NCBI GenBank assembly: GCA_002773135.1
Contig: PFCB01000023.1
Location: 1,018 to 65,017, forward strand
Source: Candidatus Magasanikbacteria bacterium CG10_big_fil_rev_8_21_14_0_10_47_10
GTDB taxonomy: Bacteria; Patescibacteriota; Patescibacteriia; Magasanikbacterales; UBA922
DNA: 64,000 nucleotides
Direction of reading: 5' to 3'
The translations under genes were made by a program, and so were the position numbers. The first letter of the stretch is position 1. Each line of letters starts with the position of its first letter. This document shows positions 8,489-18,142 of the stretch, piece after piece. The notes under the pieces are model-generated. The model saw nothing but the letters and a program-made list of their open reading frames with translations. It was not told the DNA's origin and did not search any database.

Positions 8489-9394
8489 ATGATCACAGTG
8501 CATTCCATTTTGGAGCAGCACGCCAATGTTCCGATCTTCGAAAAAGAAATGCTTCTTGCTTTTTCAACGCGCCATTCGCGCGAATTTATTATGTCACACC
8601 CAAATGAAGAAATACTTAAGCGTCAGGCCCGTGCGTACGCGCGGCTTTTAAAAAAAAGAGAAGCCGGATGGTCTGTGGCACATATTTTGGGAAAAAAAGA
8701 ATTTTTTGAGCTGAATTTTTTTGTAAATAAACACACGCTTATTCCGCGCCCTGAGACGGAACTATTGGTCTGGCTTGCACTGAAAAGACTTGAGTCGACA
8801 GACGGCAGACGGCTGACAACCGTGATTGATGTCGGCACCGGAAGCGGCTGTATCTCAATTGCAATTGCGCGGTCAATGCGGAAATCCGGTATATACGAAC
8901 ATATTGATTTTTTTGGCATAGACACATCCCGCCCGGCCCTGCGCGTCGCAAAAAAGAACGCGGCGCTCCACGACACACATATCACATTTTTACACGGCAA
9001 CCTGCTCGAACCAATCACAAACAAACAGGCGGCAACTGGCAACGAAAATCTTCTGATTACAGCAAATCTCCCCTACCTGACGCAGGAGCAATTTGATGAA
9101 GAACCGTCCATTCACCGTGAACCGCTGTCCGCGCTTGTCGCAAAAGAAGGTGGTCTTTTCTTTTACAAAAGGCTTCTTAAACAGCTCCGACAAATCATGG
9201 TTGACCGCACGCCGTCCACCGTCACTTTATTTATGGAGATCGACCCTTCTCAGTCTCGCATGCTTTCACACATCTCGACATCTATCTTTCCAAACGCGGC
9301 AGTTGCCACCCACAAAGATCTTGCCGGTCATGACCGAGTAGTGGAAATATTGATTGACGCCACACCGACAAAAGTTCTTTCGCTCGCAGAATAA
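8489..9394 (+). CDS. prmC: Release-factor glutamine N5-methyltransferase PrmC/HemK
   Basis: 301 aa. SAM motif VIDVGTGSGCI and catalytic N-L-P-Y (ITANLPY). Located near prfA. Confidence 0.85.
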   Translation: MITVHSILEQHANVPIFEKEMLLAFSTRHSREFIMSHPNEEILKRQARAYARLLKKREAGWSVAHILGKKEFFELNFFVNKHTLIPRPETELLVWLALKRLESTDGRRLTTVIDVGTGSGCISIAIARSMRKSGIYEHIDFFGIDTSRPALRVAKKNAALHDTHITFLHGNLLEPITNKQAATGNENLLITANLPYLTQEQFDEEPSIHREPLSALVAKEGGLFFYKRLLKQLRQIMVDRTPSTVTLFMEIDPSQSRMLSHISTSIFPNAAVATHKDLAGHDRVVEILIDATPTKVLSLAE

Positions 9395-9395
9395 A

Positions 9396-9420
9396 AAAAC
9401 ACTCGCAAGAGTGATTTTTT
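9396..9420. terminator. Rho-independent, bidirectional-type terminator after prmC
   Basis: AAAAAAA CACTC gcaa GAGTG ATTTTTT. The stem is flanked by an A-tract and a T-tract. Confidence 0.55.
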
Positions 9421-9487
9421 GTATTGAATGGTTGCCCCCGTGTCTGGCGAACCGCATGAGGTTGCGGACACGGGGGAGGCGGGAGGG

Positions 9488-9823
9488 TCAGGACGCCGGT
9501 CGGAACTGAATCGTGATCGTGTACACGTTCGGGAGCGTATCATCGGCAGCGCTCTTCGATGCCAGGACCTTGAGCTCACTGACCAAGCGGCCAGTGGGCA
9601 GCTGAAGCCCGTTCAAGACGCTGACGAACCAGGCCGCAATCGCCTCCTCATGTTTCGAATTGATGTCCGGCACCTGCATCAAGATGATGGCCGTGCCACC
9701 GCGCGACGCACACGCGTAGTTCACAACCGCGGCAACAGCCGGAAGCAGTGTTCCATCCTCTTGAAGGTCGGCCGCGGCGATGAACGGCATGTCCTTCTCG
9801 AGCAGCTTCTCCCTCACGTCCAT
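9488..9823 (-). CDS. Hypothetical cytosolic protein encoded in GC-rich island A
   Basis: 111 aa. Good SD (AAGGAG 8 nt upstream of the ATG at 9823) and protein-like composition, but no recognised family. Followed downstream by a long GC hairpin at 9435-9476. Confidence 0.55.
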   Translation of the reverse strand: MDVREKLLEKDMPFIAAADLQEDGTLLPAVAAVVNYACASRGGTAIILMQVPDINSKHEEAIAAWFVSVLNGLQLPTGRLVSELKVLASKSAADDTLPNVYTITIQFRPAS

Positions 9824-9966
9824 CTTTCATCTCCTTGTCTAAGACGCCCGGCAATACCGAGCGGTCCAATGGACGTAGGAATGTAACACGCCCCCGTCTT
9901 ATTGTCAAGACACGGGCGCGCGTAAAATTCTGGACGATCATGCCTTGTGATGATAGAGTTATATAT

Positions 9967-10575
9967 ATGATAAAAGCCCTCTTGTTTGACGCGGATGGAG
10001 TCATTGTCCGCTCTGAAATGTTCAGCCATCAATACACAAAAAAGTTTGGCATTCCCACAGACGCCATGACTCCTTTTTTTAAAGGAATTTTTCAATCCTG
10101 TCTTATTGGCGAGACCAACCTTAAAGAAGTAGTCGAACCGTATTTACAAAAATGGAAATGGCATGGAACAGTTGATGAATTTCTGAACTTTTGGTTTGAA
10201 TCGGAACATGTGATTGATCAGCAGGTGGTTGCTGCAATAAAAACATTAAAAAATAATGGTGTCCGTTGCTTTTTGACCACGAACCAAGAGCAATACCGAA
10301 CAGATTACATGCGACATACCATGGGTTTTGGTGAATTGTTTGACGGTATTTTTTCTTCTGCCGAAGTTCGCAATAAAAAACCCGAACCGGATTACTACGA
10401 ATTTGTAATCCAAGTCTTGCAAGCGCAACACGGCATTGAAAAAAATGCTATCATATATATCGATCACACGGTACCCAATATAGAGGGGGCCACGGCTGTG
10501 GGAATAAAAAGCTATCTCTATACAGAATTTGATGCATTCAAGCAATACCTTTCTGAGCAACACCTGCACGTATGA
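9967..10575 (+). CDS. HAD-superfamily hydrolase (beta-phosphoglucomutase-like subfamily)
   Basis: DxDG motif in LLFDADGVIV. Start placed at the MIKALLFD ATG at 9967. The upstream part of the track ORF lies in the GC-rich island and looks non-coding. Confidence 0.75.
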   Translation: MIKALLFDADGVIVRSEMFSHQYTKKFGIPTDAMTPFFKGIFQSCLIGETNLKEVVEPYLQKWKWHGTVDEFLNFWFESEHVIDQQVVAAIKTLKNNGVRCFLTTNQEQYRTDYMRHTMGFGELFDGIFSSAEVRNKKPEPDYYEFVIQVLQAQHGIEKNAIIYIDHTVPNIEGATAVGIKSYLYTEFDAFKQYLSEQHLHV

Positions 10576-10979
10576 CTGACACATTTGAACACGGAGCGCT
10601 CAAGCTCCAAAAACGAAAACCGATAATTTTTGCAGCACATTCAAAAGCAAGTTTTTATTTTCGGGCGCATATTTCCAAATTCATCTTGGAACAAGGCGGC
10701 GTGCCAATCAATCCGTTCATGAGCTTTGACTACTTTCTGACGGACAGTATTGATCGAGATATTGTACGCGAAGCCAATAATAACCTAGTTCGAATATCAG
10801 AAGAATTGTGGGTCTTTGGGCCAATTGCAGATGGCGTGCTTGCCGAGATTCAGCAGGCAAAAAAACAAGAAAAATCAATCAGATACTTCAATATCGTAAA
10901 ATCGCGTGATATTGTGGAAACATCTTCTTCCGATGCAATAATGGAAGAAGGATTGGAGCAGTATCGTGGGCAGTTGTAG
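10572..10979 (+). CDS. Hypothetical protein, possibly nucleoside 2-deoxyribosyltransferase-like Rossmann fold
   Basis: 135 aa. ATGA overlap with the preceding gene. Fold assignment is tentative. Confidence 0.45.
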   Translation: MTDTFEHGALKLQKRKPIIFAAHSKASFYFRAHISKFILEQGGVPINPFMSFDYFLTDSIDRDIVREANNNLVRISEELWVFGPIADGVLAEIQQAKKQEKSIRYFNIVKSRDIVETSSSDAIMEEGLEQYRGQL

Positions 10980-11010
10980 ACCTGATAACACACTTTCTTA
11001 TCTCAAATGT

Positions 11011-11565
11011 ATGCCACTTCCACCAAACGCAAAAAAGGTTTTCACCGGAGAAATTTTTGATGTCTACCAATGGGAACAAGAATTGTATGACGGATCAACC
11101 GCCACGTTTGAGATGCTCAAACGCCCCGGCACAGTGGATGTAATTGCGGAAAAAAACGGCGAATTTGTTATTCTGCACCAAGACCAGCCGACAAAGGAAA
11201 ACTTTTACTCTCTGCCGGGCGGCCGGCAGGATCCCGGTGAGACGGCGGAGCAGGCGGCAAAGCGCGAGCTGATGGAAGAGACCGGTCTGATCTCGGACAA
11301 CTGGGAGCTCTACAAGGAATGGCAGCCCTACAACAAAGTTGACTGGACCATTTCTTACTTTATCGCAAAAAATTGTGCCCAAACCGACGCGGCCAACCAT
11401 GACGCGGGTGAAAAAATTCGCGTGGAATGGCACGATTTTGATGGATTTATTGAACGAGTGCTTGGCGAGCGGTATTGCGGCCATGAATTTGTTGAGGATG
11501 TGCTGCGAATGAAGCTGGAGCCAAAAAAATTGGAAGCGTTTAAGAATAAGTTACTGACAACCTAA
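11011..11565 (+). CDS. NUDIX hydrolase
   Basis: Nudix box GGRQDPGETAEQAAKRELMEETG. Start placed at the MPLPPNAKK methionine. Confidence 0.75.
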   Translation: MPLPPNAKKVFTGEIFDVYQWEQELYDGSTATFEMLKRPGTVDVIAEKNGEFVILHQDQPTKENFYSLPGGRQDPGETAEQAAKRELMEETGLISDNWELYKEWQPYNKVDWTISYFIAKNCAQTDAANHDAGEKIRVEWHDFDGFIERVLGERYCGHEFVEDVLRMKLEPKKLEAFKNKLLTT

Positions 11566-11608
11566 CTGTCATTGCCGCGCCCCATTCGACTCGCTGCGTG
11601 TTCTCGCA

Positions 11609-12730
11609 ATGACGGACACTATGTATCAGAACCGCATAAAAAAACTTCGCGAAATCCTGGATGAAAAAAATACGCAGGCAATTCTTGTCACCAATGCCAC
11701 GAATATTTTTTATTTAACAGGTTTTATTGGGATCTCCCCCACTGACCGTGAGTCCGCGTTGCTTGTGACAAATGAAATCGCCTATTTATTTGTGCCAAAG
11801 ATGTATGAGCAAAAAGCGCGGAACCTGGCGCTTGAAACGTCCGGCGTCAAACGTATTGTAGATCATGAGCGGCATAGTCTTCTTACGCATTTTTGCGAAT
11901 TTGTGGACAACGCGAAACCGGTTCTGTGCGAGGCTTTGGATCTGACGATATCGGAATATAAAAATATCGAGGAAAAAACGAAGATTACTTTGCTGCCCGA
12001 AAGTGGTGCGATAGAACGGCTGCGGCTCACCAAAGACGCTGACGAAATTGAAGCGCTCGCACAGGCTGTCACTATCACAGAGAGAATTTTTGAGGACGTT
12101 GTGGAAGTACTGCGGCGCGTTGACGATATTTCCGAGTTATCCGAACTGGATATAGTGGATAGCATGCGCGCGCTTGGCCGCCACTATGGCGCGGATGGCT
12201 TTGGGTTTGACCCAATTGTGGCGCTTGGTGCCAACGCGGCAGAGCCGCACTATGTCAGTGGAAACGCACAACTAAAAACAAAAAACTGCCTCCTTCTTGA
12301 TTTTGGTTTTGCGTACAATGGATATTCCGCTGATCTGACGCGCACCATTTTCCTTGGACGCGCGGACGACGAATTCAAACGCGTCTACGAGCTCGTTCAA
12401 AGAGCAAATGAACAGTGTATTGCCGCGGCAATGCCGGGAGTTTCAACCAAAGACCTCCACCGGCTATCGGTCGATATATTCTCAAAGGAAGGGCTGTCCA
12501 AACACTACCTGCACAGTTTGGGGCACGGCCTGGGCCTCAATGTACACGAAACGCCGAGCGTTGGCCCGGGCCAAGACAGCATTCTTGAAAGTGGGATGGT
12601 CATTACTATTGAACCGGGACTGTATTTTGCTAAAAAATTTGGCGTCCGGATAGAAGATGACATTCTCATCACCGACACGGGCAACACACCGCTCACCCGG
12701 TCAAATAGGAATCTGGTCGAGATAGTGTAA
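11609..12730 (+). CDS. M24-family metallopeptidase (Xaa-Pro aminopeptidase/dipeptidase type)
   Basis: 373 aa. Pita-bread fold metal ligands in the HSLGHGLGLNVHE region. Confidence 0.85.
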   Translation: MTDTMYQNRIKKLREILDEKNTQAILVTNATNIFYLTGFIGISPTDRESALLVTNEIAYLFVPKMYEQKARNLALETSGVKRIVDHERHSLLTHFCEFVDNAKPVLCEALDLTISEYKNIEEKTKITLLPESGAIERLRLTKDADEIEALAQAVTITERIFEDVVEVLRRVDDISELSELDIVDSMRALGRHYGADGFGFDPIVALGANAAEPHYVSGNAQLKTKNCLLLDFGFAYNGYSADLTRTIFLGRADDEFKRVYELVQRANEQCIAAAMPGVSTKDLHRLSVDIFSKEGLSKHYLHSLGHGLGLNVHETPSVGPGQDSILESGMVITIEPGLYFAKKFGVRIEDDILITDTGNTPLTRSNRNLVEIV

Positions 12731-12837
12731 AGATGATATACTGGCAACACCGGGATGCTTCACCCGGACACGCGCCATGATTCAAGATGAGGCACTGATA
12801 CAGTATCTTATCATCTACTTATTTAAATAGTCTCTCT

Positions 12838-13260
12838 ATGATAGAGGTCAACTATGTCGCGATTCTGGTCGCGGCCGTGGCAAGTTTCGTTGTCGGCTGG
12901 ATCTGGTACGGGCCGCTCTTTGGAAAGCCCTGGATGAAAATGATGGGCATGACCGAAAAGGATAAAGAAGCCGGAAAAAAGAAAATGGGACAAAGTATGG
13001 CTCTTGGGTTTGCCGCGCAACTTGTGATGGCCTATGTGATTGCGCATTTCATTGGTGGGTGGTCTCAATCCGCGCCTGAAATTCCGGCGATGAAGATTGC
13101 GCTTCAAACAGCATTCTGGCTTTGGCTCGGTCTGGTTGCAACCATACAGCTTGGTGCCGTGTTGTGGGAAAACAAATCGTGGAACTTGTACCTCCTCAAT
13201 GCCATCCACTGGTTGGTGGCACTCCTTGTCATGGCATCCACCCTTGTCTGGCTATCCTGA
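12838..13260 (+). CDS. DUF1761-family integral membrane protein
   Basis: 140 aa. N-terminus MIEVNYVAILVAAVASFVVGWIWYGPLFGK is characteristic of DUF1761; 3-4 TM segments. Confidence 0.65.
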   Translation: MIEVNYVAILVAAVASFVVGWIWYGPLFGKPWMKMMGMTEKDKEAGKKKMGQSMALGFAAQLVMAYVIAHFIGGWSQSAPEIPAMKIALQTAFWLWLGLVATIQLGAVLWENKSWNLYLLNAIHWLVALLVMASTLVWLS

Positions 13261-13326
13261 TTTTTTACCGCATCTCTAAAACGACCTCGTTGACCACGGG
13301 GTCGTTTTCTTTTATACTTTGGCTGA

Positions 13327-13821
13327 ATGGTAACCATTCTCATTATGAAAAAAGACAGCTATTTAATTGCCGATTACATGCAATCAAACGTCACACGGGT
13401 CAGCCCGGAGACTACAGTAAAAGAGGTCACTGAAATCATGCTCAAACGGAAAACAAACGGCGTGGTTGTCATTGACTCCATGGACGCGGTGGTCGGAATT
13501 CTCTCAAGCTGGGATATTATTAAACACATTGTTCCCGATTACTTGGAACAAGATAAACACCTGGCGCCATTTGAAGCGGCCCACGTCTTCGCGGACAGAA
13601 TCAAAGAAGTAGCGAATGACCCTGTCAGTAAATTCATGACAAAAGACGTACACACGGCAAAAAAAGATGATAGCCTCATGAAAGCAATCACGCTTTTGTC
13701 CGAATTTCATATCCGGCAGTTGCCAATTGTCGACAACGACAACAAACTCATCGGATATATAAACCGCACAGACGTCAAACGCGCAGCAGGCGACGTTCTT
13801 CGTCTCAACTATTCAGATTAA
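13327..13821 (+). CDS. CBS-domain pair protein
   Basis: Two CBS motifs (..VTRVSPETTVKEV..NGVVVID.. and ..HIRQLPIVDNDNKLIGYINRTD..). Confidence 0.75.
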   Translation: MVTILIMKKDSYLIADYMQSNVTRVSPETTVKEVTEIMLKRKTNGVVVIDSMDAVVGILSSWDIIKHIVPDYLEQDKHLAPFEAAHVFADRIKEVANDPVSKFMTKDVHTAKKDDSLMKAITLLSEFHIRQLPIVDNDNKLIGYINRTDVKRAAGDVLRLNYSD

Positions 13822-13836
13822 CTTTTTGAACGAGGT

Positions 13837-15108
13837 ATGCCCCTCTTTTTTTATAGTACGATCGCTGTCTTTGTTCTCACATACGCGATTATTATTTCAG
13901 AAAAATTTCATAGAACCGTGGTTGCCCTTGCCGGCGCTATTTTGATGATTTTACTTGGAATCATCAGTCAAGAACAGGCTATTGAAGGAATCGATTTTAA
14001 TACGCTTGGGCTGTTAATCGGCATGATGATTGTGGTGGGAATCGCGCGGCAATCCGGCATGTTTCAAGCCGTCGCCCTATACCTGGCACAAAAAGCAAAA
14101 GGCCGTCCAATTCCAATTTTCATCCTGCTTGGCCTCACAGTGGCAATTTTTTCAGCTCTTTTGGACAATGTTACAACCGTACTGCTCATGGTACCCGTGA
14201 CATTTGTCATAGCGAATAATTTAAAAATATCGCCCTATCCGTTTCTTATCTCTGCAATCCTCATGTCAAATGTTGGCGGTATGGCAACACTGATTGGTGA
14301 TCCGCCAAATATCATGATCGGAAGCGCTGCGAACCTTACATTCAACGATTTTCTGATCAATCTGGCTCCCATATCAATCATCATAATGGTCGTCACCATG
14401 GGCGGCTTGTACCTATGGTACAAACGCGAACTTGTGACCACAAAAGAAGCGCAAGCCGCCATTATGAAATTCAATCCAAAGGACGCGCTGACAGATATGC
14501 CGCTCTTACGTCACTCGCTTATTGTGTTGGCAATAGTGCTCTTGGGATTTATCATGCACGGAAGCACGGGACTGGAAGGCGCGACAATCGCGCTTGGGGG
14601 CGCAGCCTTGCTCTTACTCTTATCCCTGCATGATCCGCACGACCACTTGCGTGAAATTGAATGGACGACTATTTTTTTCTTCATTGGGTTGTTTGTGCTG
14701 GTAACAGGACTTGAGCACAGCGGGGCTATTCGGATGCTGGCCGAACAATTATTGGTTGCCACAGCCGGCAGCCCGACTGCCATGACACTGACCATATTGT
14801 GGGGATCAGCGATATTGTCCGCGATTGTGGATAATATCCCGTTTGTGGCAACCATGATTCCACTTATCCATGATATCGGTTCGCTTTCGGGTATTGCCCT
14901 TGCCCCACTGTGGTGGGCGCTTGCCATTGGCGCGGATATCGGTGGCAATGCCACGTTAATCGGCGCATCGGCAAACGTAGTCGTAGGCGGCATGGCGGAA
15001 AAAGAAGGCACTAAAATTGGATTCTTCTCGTACATGAAAGTAGCCCTTCCAATGACGCTTGTCGCACTCATTATTTCCAGCGTTTATATGTGGGTCCGAT
15101 ATCTTTAA
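13837..15108 (+). CDS. ArsB/NhaD-superfamily anion/ion permease
   Basis: 423 aa polytopic membrane protein with the duplicated-repeat topology typical of the ArsB_NhaD permease family. Confidence 0.65.
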   Translation: MPLFFYSTIAVFVLTYAIIISEKFHRTVVALAGAILMILLGIISQEQAIEGIDFNTLGLLIGMMIVVGIARQSGMFQAVALYLAQKAKGRPIPIFILLGLTVAIFSALLDNVTTVLLMVPVTFVIANNLKISPYPFLISAILMSNVGGMATLIGDPPNIMIGSAANLTFNDFLINLAPISIIIMVVTMGGLYLWYKRELVTTKEAQAAIMKFNPKDALTDMPLLRHSLIVLAIVLLGFIMHGSTGLEGATIALGGAALLLLLSLHDPHDHLREIEWTTIFFFIGLFVLVTGLEHSGAIRMLAEQLLVATAGSPTAMTLTILWGSAILSAIVDNIPFVATMIPLIHDIGSLSGIALAPLWWALAIGADIGGNATLIGASANVVVGGMAEKEGTKIGFFSYMKVALPMTLVALIISSVYMWVRYL

Positions 15109-15112
15109 ATCT

Positions 15113-15940
15113 ATGACTGTTTCCGACACCCTCTCTCTTGCCATCAATGCCGCCCGAGCCGCGGGAACAGAGATACTCAAAATCTACAATTCAAATTATG
15201 ACGCATGGGAAAAGGAGGGAAACGCACCAGTGACAGATGCTGACATCGCGTCTGAAAAGATTATTTTGGATACGTTGCGCGCATCAGCGTATAGCGTTCT
15301 ATCCGAAGAGACGGATGATGACCTTGCCCGTCTTTCTGAAAAAACTATCTGGGTAGTCGACCCGCTTGACGGGACGCAAGATTTTTTAAATAAAACCGGA
15401 GAATTTTCCGTCCTTATTGGGCTGGTACAGAATGAACACCCCACTCTTGGCGTCATCTATCAACCGACTGCTGACAAACTGTATTTTGGAGAAAAGGGAA
15501 AGGGATCCTATGTTCAGACAAACGGGGGCGATCCAAAGCGCATACATGTGTCAGACACAAAAAAATTAGCGTCATTCCAAGCAGTGATGTCCGGATTTCA
15601 TTCCAATCCGCTCCACCTTGCTCTGGCCACAGGTCTTGGAATCGCGCACACAACACGCATGGGAAGTGCCGGCTTGAAAGCTGCGACGGTCGCCGAAGGC
15701 CAACATGATATTTATTTTCATACCAGTCATCACACCTGTGAATGGGACACCTGTGCCGGTGACATACTTCTCGCGGAAGCCGGTGGCACTATGACAGATT
15801 TGCTCGGCCAACCCCTTCTGTACAACCAAACCGATGTTAACAGAAGACATGGTATCCTGGCATCAAATGGAGTCATCCATGAGCAGCTCGTCGAGAAAAT
15901 TCAGGATTATTTGCTGCGAGAACACAGCTCGAACACATAA
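15113..15940 (+). CDS. Inositol monophosphatase-family phosphatase (CysQ/SuhB-like)
   Basis: WVVDPLDGTQDF metal-binding motif. Confidence 0.8.
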   Translation: MTVSDTLSLAINAARAAGTEILKIYNSNYDAWEKEGNAPVTDADIASEKIILDTLRASAYSVLSEETDDDLARLSEKTIWVVDPLDGTQDFLNKTGEFSVLIGLVQNEHPTLGVIYQPTADKLYFGEKGKGSYVQTNGGDPKRIHVSDTKKLASFQAVMSGFHSNPLHLALATGLGIAHTTRMGSAGLKAATVAEGQHDIYFHTSHHTCEWDTCAGDILLAEAGGTMTDLLGQPLLYNQTDVNRRHGILASNGVIHEQLVEKIQDYLLREHSSNT

Positions 15941-16002
15941 TATATCCACGATTGTGAGCCACCACCGAGCGTGCTATACTGACAGCACGTATTTTTTTTC
16001 AT

Positions 16003-16875
16003 ATGCCACGACCCGAAGAACTTTCAACACAAATTTTTTTGGACAGCGGGGATCCGGAAGACACAAAAAAAGCACTGGCGCTTTTGGGTTTTTTGGACGG
16101 CCAAACAACCAACCCAAGCCTGGTAGCGAAAAACCCCGCTCTTCAAGAAAAAATCGCTTCCGGTGTCGTGCTGAATGCCCGGGAGGTAGACGACTTTTAC
16201 AAAGGCGTCGTCCAAGAAATCTCCAGTCGTATTCCAAACGGATCAGTTTCTGTGGAAGTCTTCGCTGACGCTGATACAGACGTGAATACAATGCTAACTC
16301 AGGCACGCGAGATGTTTGCATGGATTCCAAACGCGCATATCAAATTCCCCACAACGCGAGCCGGACTTGAGGCGGCAAACATTTTTGTGAAGGAAAACGG
16401 CCGCGTAAACATGACCCTTGTATTTTCACAAGAGCAATGCGCTGCCGTGTACGCTGCAACCGCGGGCGCGCACAGGGGCGACGTATTTGTGTCTCCGTTT
16501 GTGGGACGGTTGGATGATACTGGTGTTGATGGCATGAGCCTCATAGAAAACGCGCGTACCATGTACGCGTCCGGAGATGGGCATGTGCAGGTTCTTGTGG
16601 CCAGCGTGAGAAATATGGACCACTTTCTGTACTCGCTGCATTTGAAGGCGGATATCATCACCTGTCCAATGGGCATATTGGAAGAATGGGCGTCCACGGG
16701 GATGCCTCTTCCTCCGGCCGACTATGCGTATCCGGACGATGGGCGCACACCGATCCCCTTTGCCAACAGCAGTCTCACGGCGGACTGGCGTCTTATGAAT
16801 ATTACCCACGAATTAACCGACGCAGGCATTGAACGATTCGCGTCAGACTGGAACAAACTTATCGGCAATCACTAA
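16003..16875 (+). CDS. tal: Transaldolase
   Basis: FLDSGDPED...GQTTNPSL signature. Confidence 0.8.
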   Translation: MPRPEELSTQIFLDSGDPEDTKKALALLGFLDGQTTNPSLVAKNPALQEKIASGVVLNAREVDDFYKGVVQEISSRIPNGSVSVEVFADADTDVNTMLTQAREMFAWIPNAHIKFPTTRAGLEAANIFVKENGRVNMTLVFSQEQCAAVYAATAGAHRGDVFVSPFVGRLDDTGVDGMSLIENARTMYASGDGHVQVLVASVRNMDHFLYSLHLKADIITCPMGILEEWASTGMPLPPADYAYPDDGRTPIPFANSSLTADWRLMNITHELTDAGIERFASDWNKLIGNH

Positions 16876-16890
16876 AATGCTCACCATACT

Positions 16891-17145
16891 ATGAAACACG
16901 TAACCCTCTATTCAACCCCAACCTGCCCATACTGTGCTCGGGCAAAACAATTGCTCACCTCATTGAACGTGCCATATGAAGAGATCGACCTGGCATCAAA
17001 TGACACGCTCCGTGAGGAACTGAGTCTCAAATATAACTGGCAGACCGTTCCCATGATTGTCATAGGTGATGAGTTCATTGGCGGGTTCGACGATTTGGCA
17101 GCATTGCACGCGGACGGAAATCTCATGAAAAAACTGGAAGCATAA
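16891..17145 (+). CDS. Glutaredoxin (CPYC type)
   Basis: 84 aa with a CPYC active site (YSTPTCPYCARAK). Confidence 0.8.
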   Translation: MKHVTLYSTPTCPYCARAKQLLTSLNVPYEEIDLASNDTLREELSLKYNWQTVPMIVIGDEFIGGFDDLAALHADGNLMKKLEA

Positions 17146-17171
17146 TTTACAATTCACTATTCATATGTACT

Positions 17172-18140
17172 ATGATGCAGGATGCCATTGAGGGATTTGC
17201 AAAACAATTTTTGTATAAGCCGGTCATTCAAAATAAAGAAAAATTAAAAAAGAAAAAAAGGGTTATTGTTCTTGGAATGGGAGGCTCTCACTTGGCAGCA
17301 GACCTCGCCCTTGCGTACGATCCCTCCCTTCCCCTTACCGTCCATACGGACTATGGTCTCCCAGCCATGCCAGCGCAGGATCTGCGTGACACGCTTGTCA
17401 TTGCCAGTTCGTATTCCGGGAATACAGAAGAAATCATTGAAGGTTTTCAATTGGCGCTCAAACAAAAGTTGGCGGTCGCTGCAATTACCGTAGGCGGAAA
17501 ACTGCTTGATAGCGCAAAACAACAAAAGATCCCCTATGTGCAAATGCCGGATACGGGAATCCAGCCGCGCTCAGCGCTTGGATTTAATCTGCTCGGCATA
17601 CTGGCGATCATGGGGGAATCAGCGGCTATGAAACAGGCCGCCGCGGTCGCGAGGAGTCTGAAACCGAAAATGATTGAACCAAAAGGCGCCGCGCTCGCCC
17701 GAAAATTGAAAGATCACGTTCCGGTGATATACAGCTCTGCAAGAAATCAATCCATCGCATATAATTGGAAAATAAAATTCAACGAAACAGGAAAAATCCC
17801 CGGTTTTTACAATGTATTTTCAGAACTCAACCACAACGAAATGACCGGTTTTGACGTCCAGCCGAAAAGCCGACATCTCAGCAGACCATTCCACTTTATC
17901 TTTTTGAAGGACAAAAAGGACCACCCAAAGATTCAAAAACGCATGGATGTCATGAAAAAACTCTATGAAAAGCGCGGCCTGCCAGTAACCGCCCTGGAAC
18001 TGATCGGCACAAATCCATTTACAAAAATATTCACCTCTCTGGTACTGGCAGACTGGACCGCATTGCATACCGCTTCCCTCTACGGACTTGAGCCGGAACA
18101 GGTGCCAATGGTAGTGGAGTTTAAAAAGCTCATTGCCTGA
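17172..18140 (+). CDS. Bifunctional glucose-6-phosphate/mannose-6-phosphate isomerase (SIS-domain, PGI/PMI family)
   Basis: SIS motif RVIVLGMGGSHLAADL and a length typical of the PGI/PMI family. Confidence 0.7.
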   Translation: MMQDAIEGFAKQFLYKPVIQNKEKLKKKKRVIVLGMGGSHLAADLALAYDPSLPLTVHTDYGLPAMPAQDLRDTLVIASSYSGNTEEIIEGFQLALKQKLAVAAITVGGKLLDSAKQQKIPYVQMPDTGIQPRSALGFNLLGILAIMGESAAMKQAAAVARSLKPKMIEPKGAALARKLKDHVPVIYSSARNQSIAYNWKIKFNETGKIPGFYNVFSELNHNEMTGFDVQPKSRHLSRPFHFIFLKDKKDHPKIQKRMDVMKKLYEKRGLPVTALELIGTNPFTKIFTSLVLADWTALHTASLYGLEPEQVPMVVEFKKLIA

Positions 18141-18142
18141 GT

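Noticed and set aside
9428-10004. ORFs 9428..9886 (+) and 9648..10004 (-) in island A
   Set aside because: Arg-rich translations with no SD, overlapping the better-supported 9488..9823 (-) frame.
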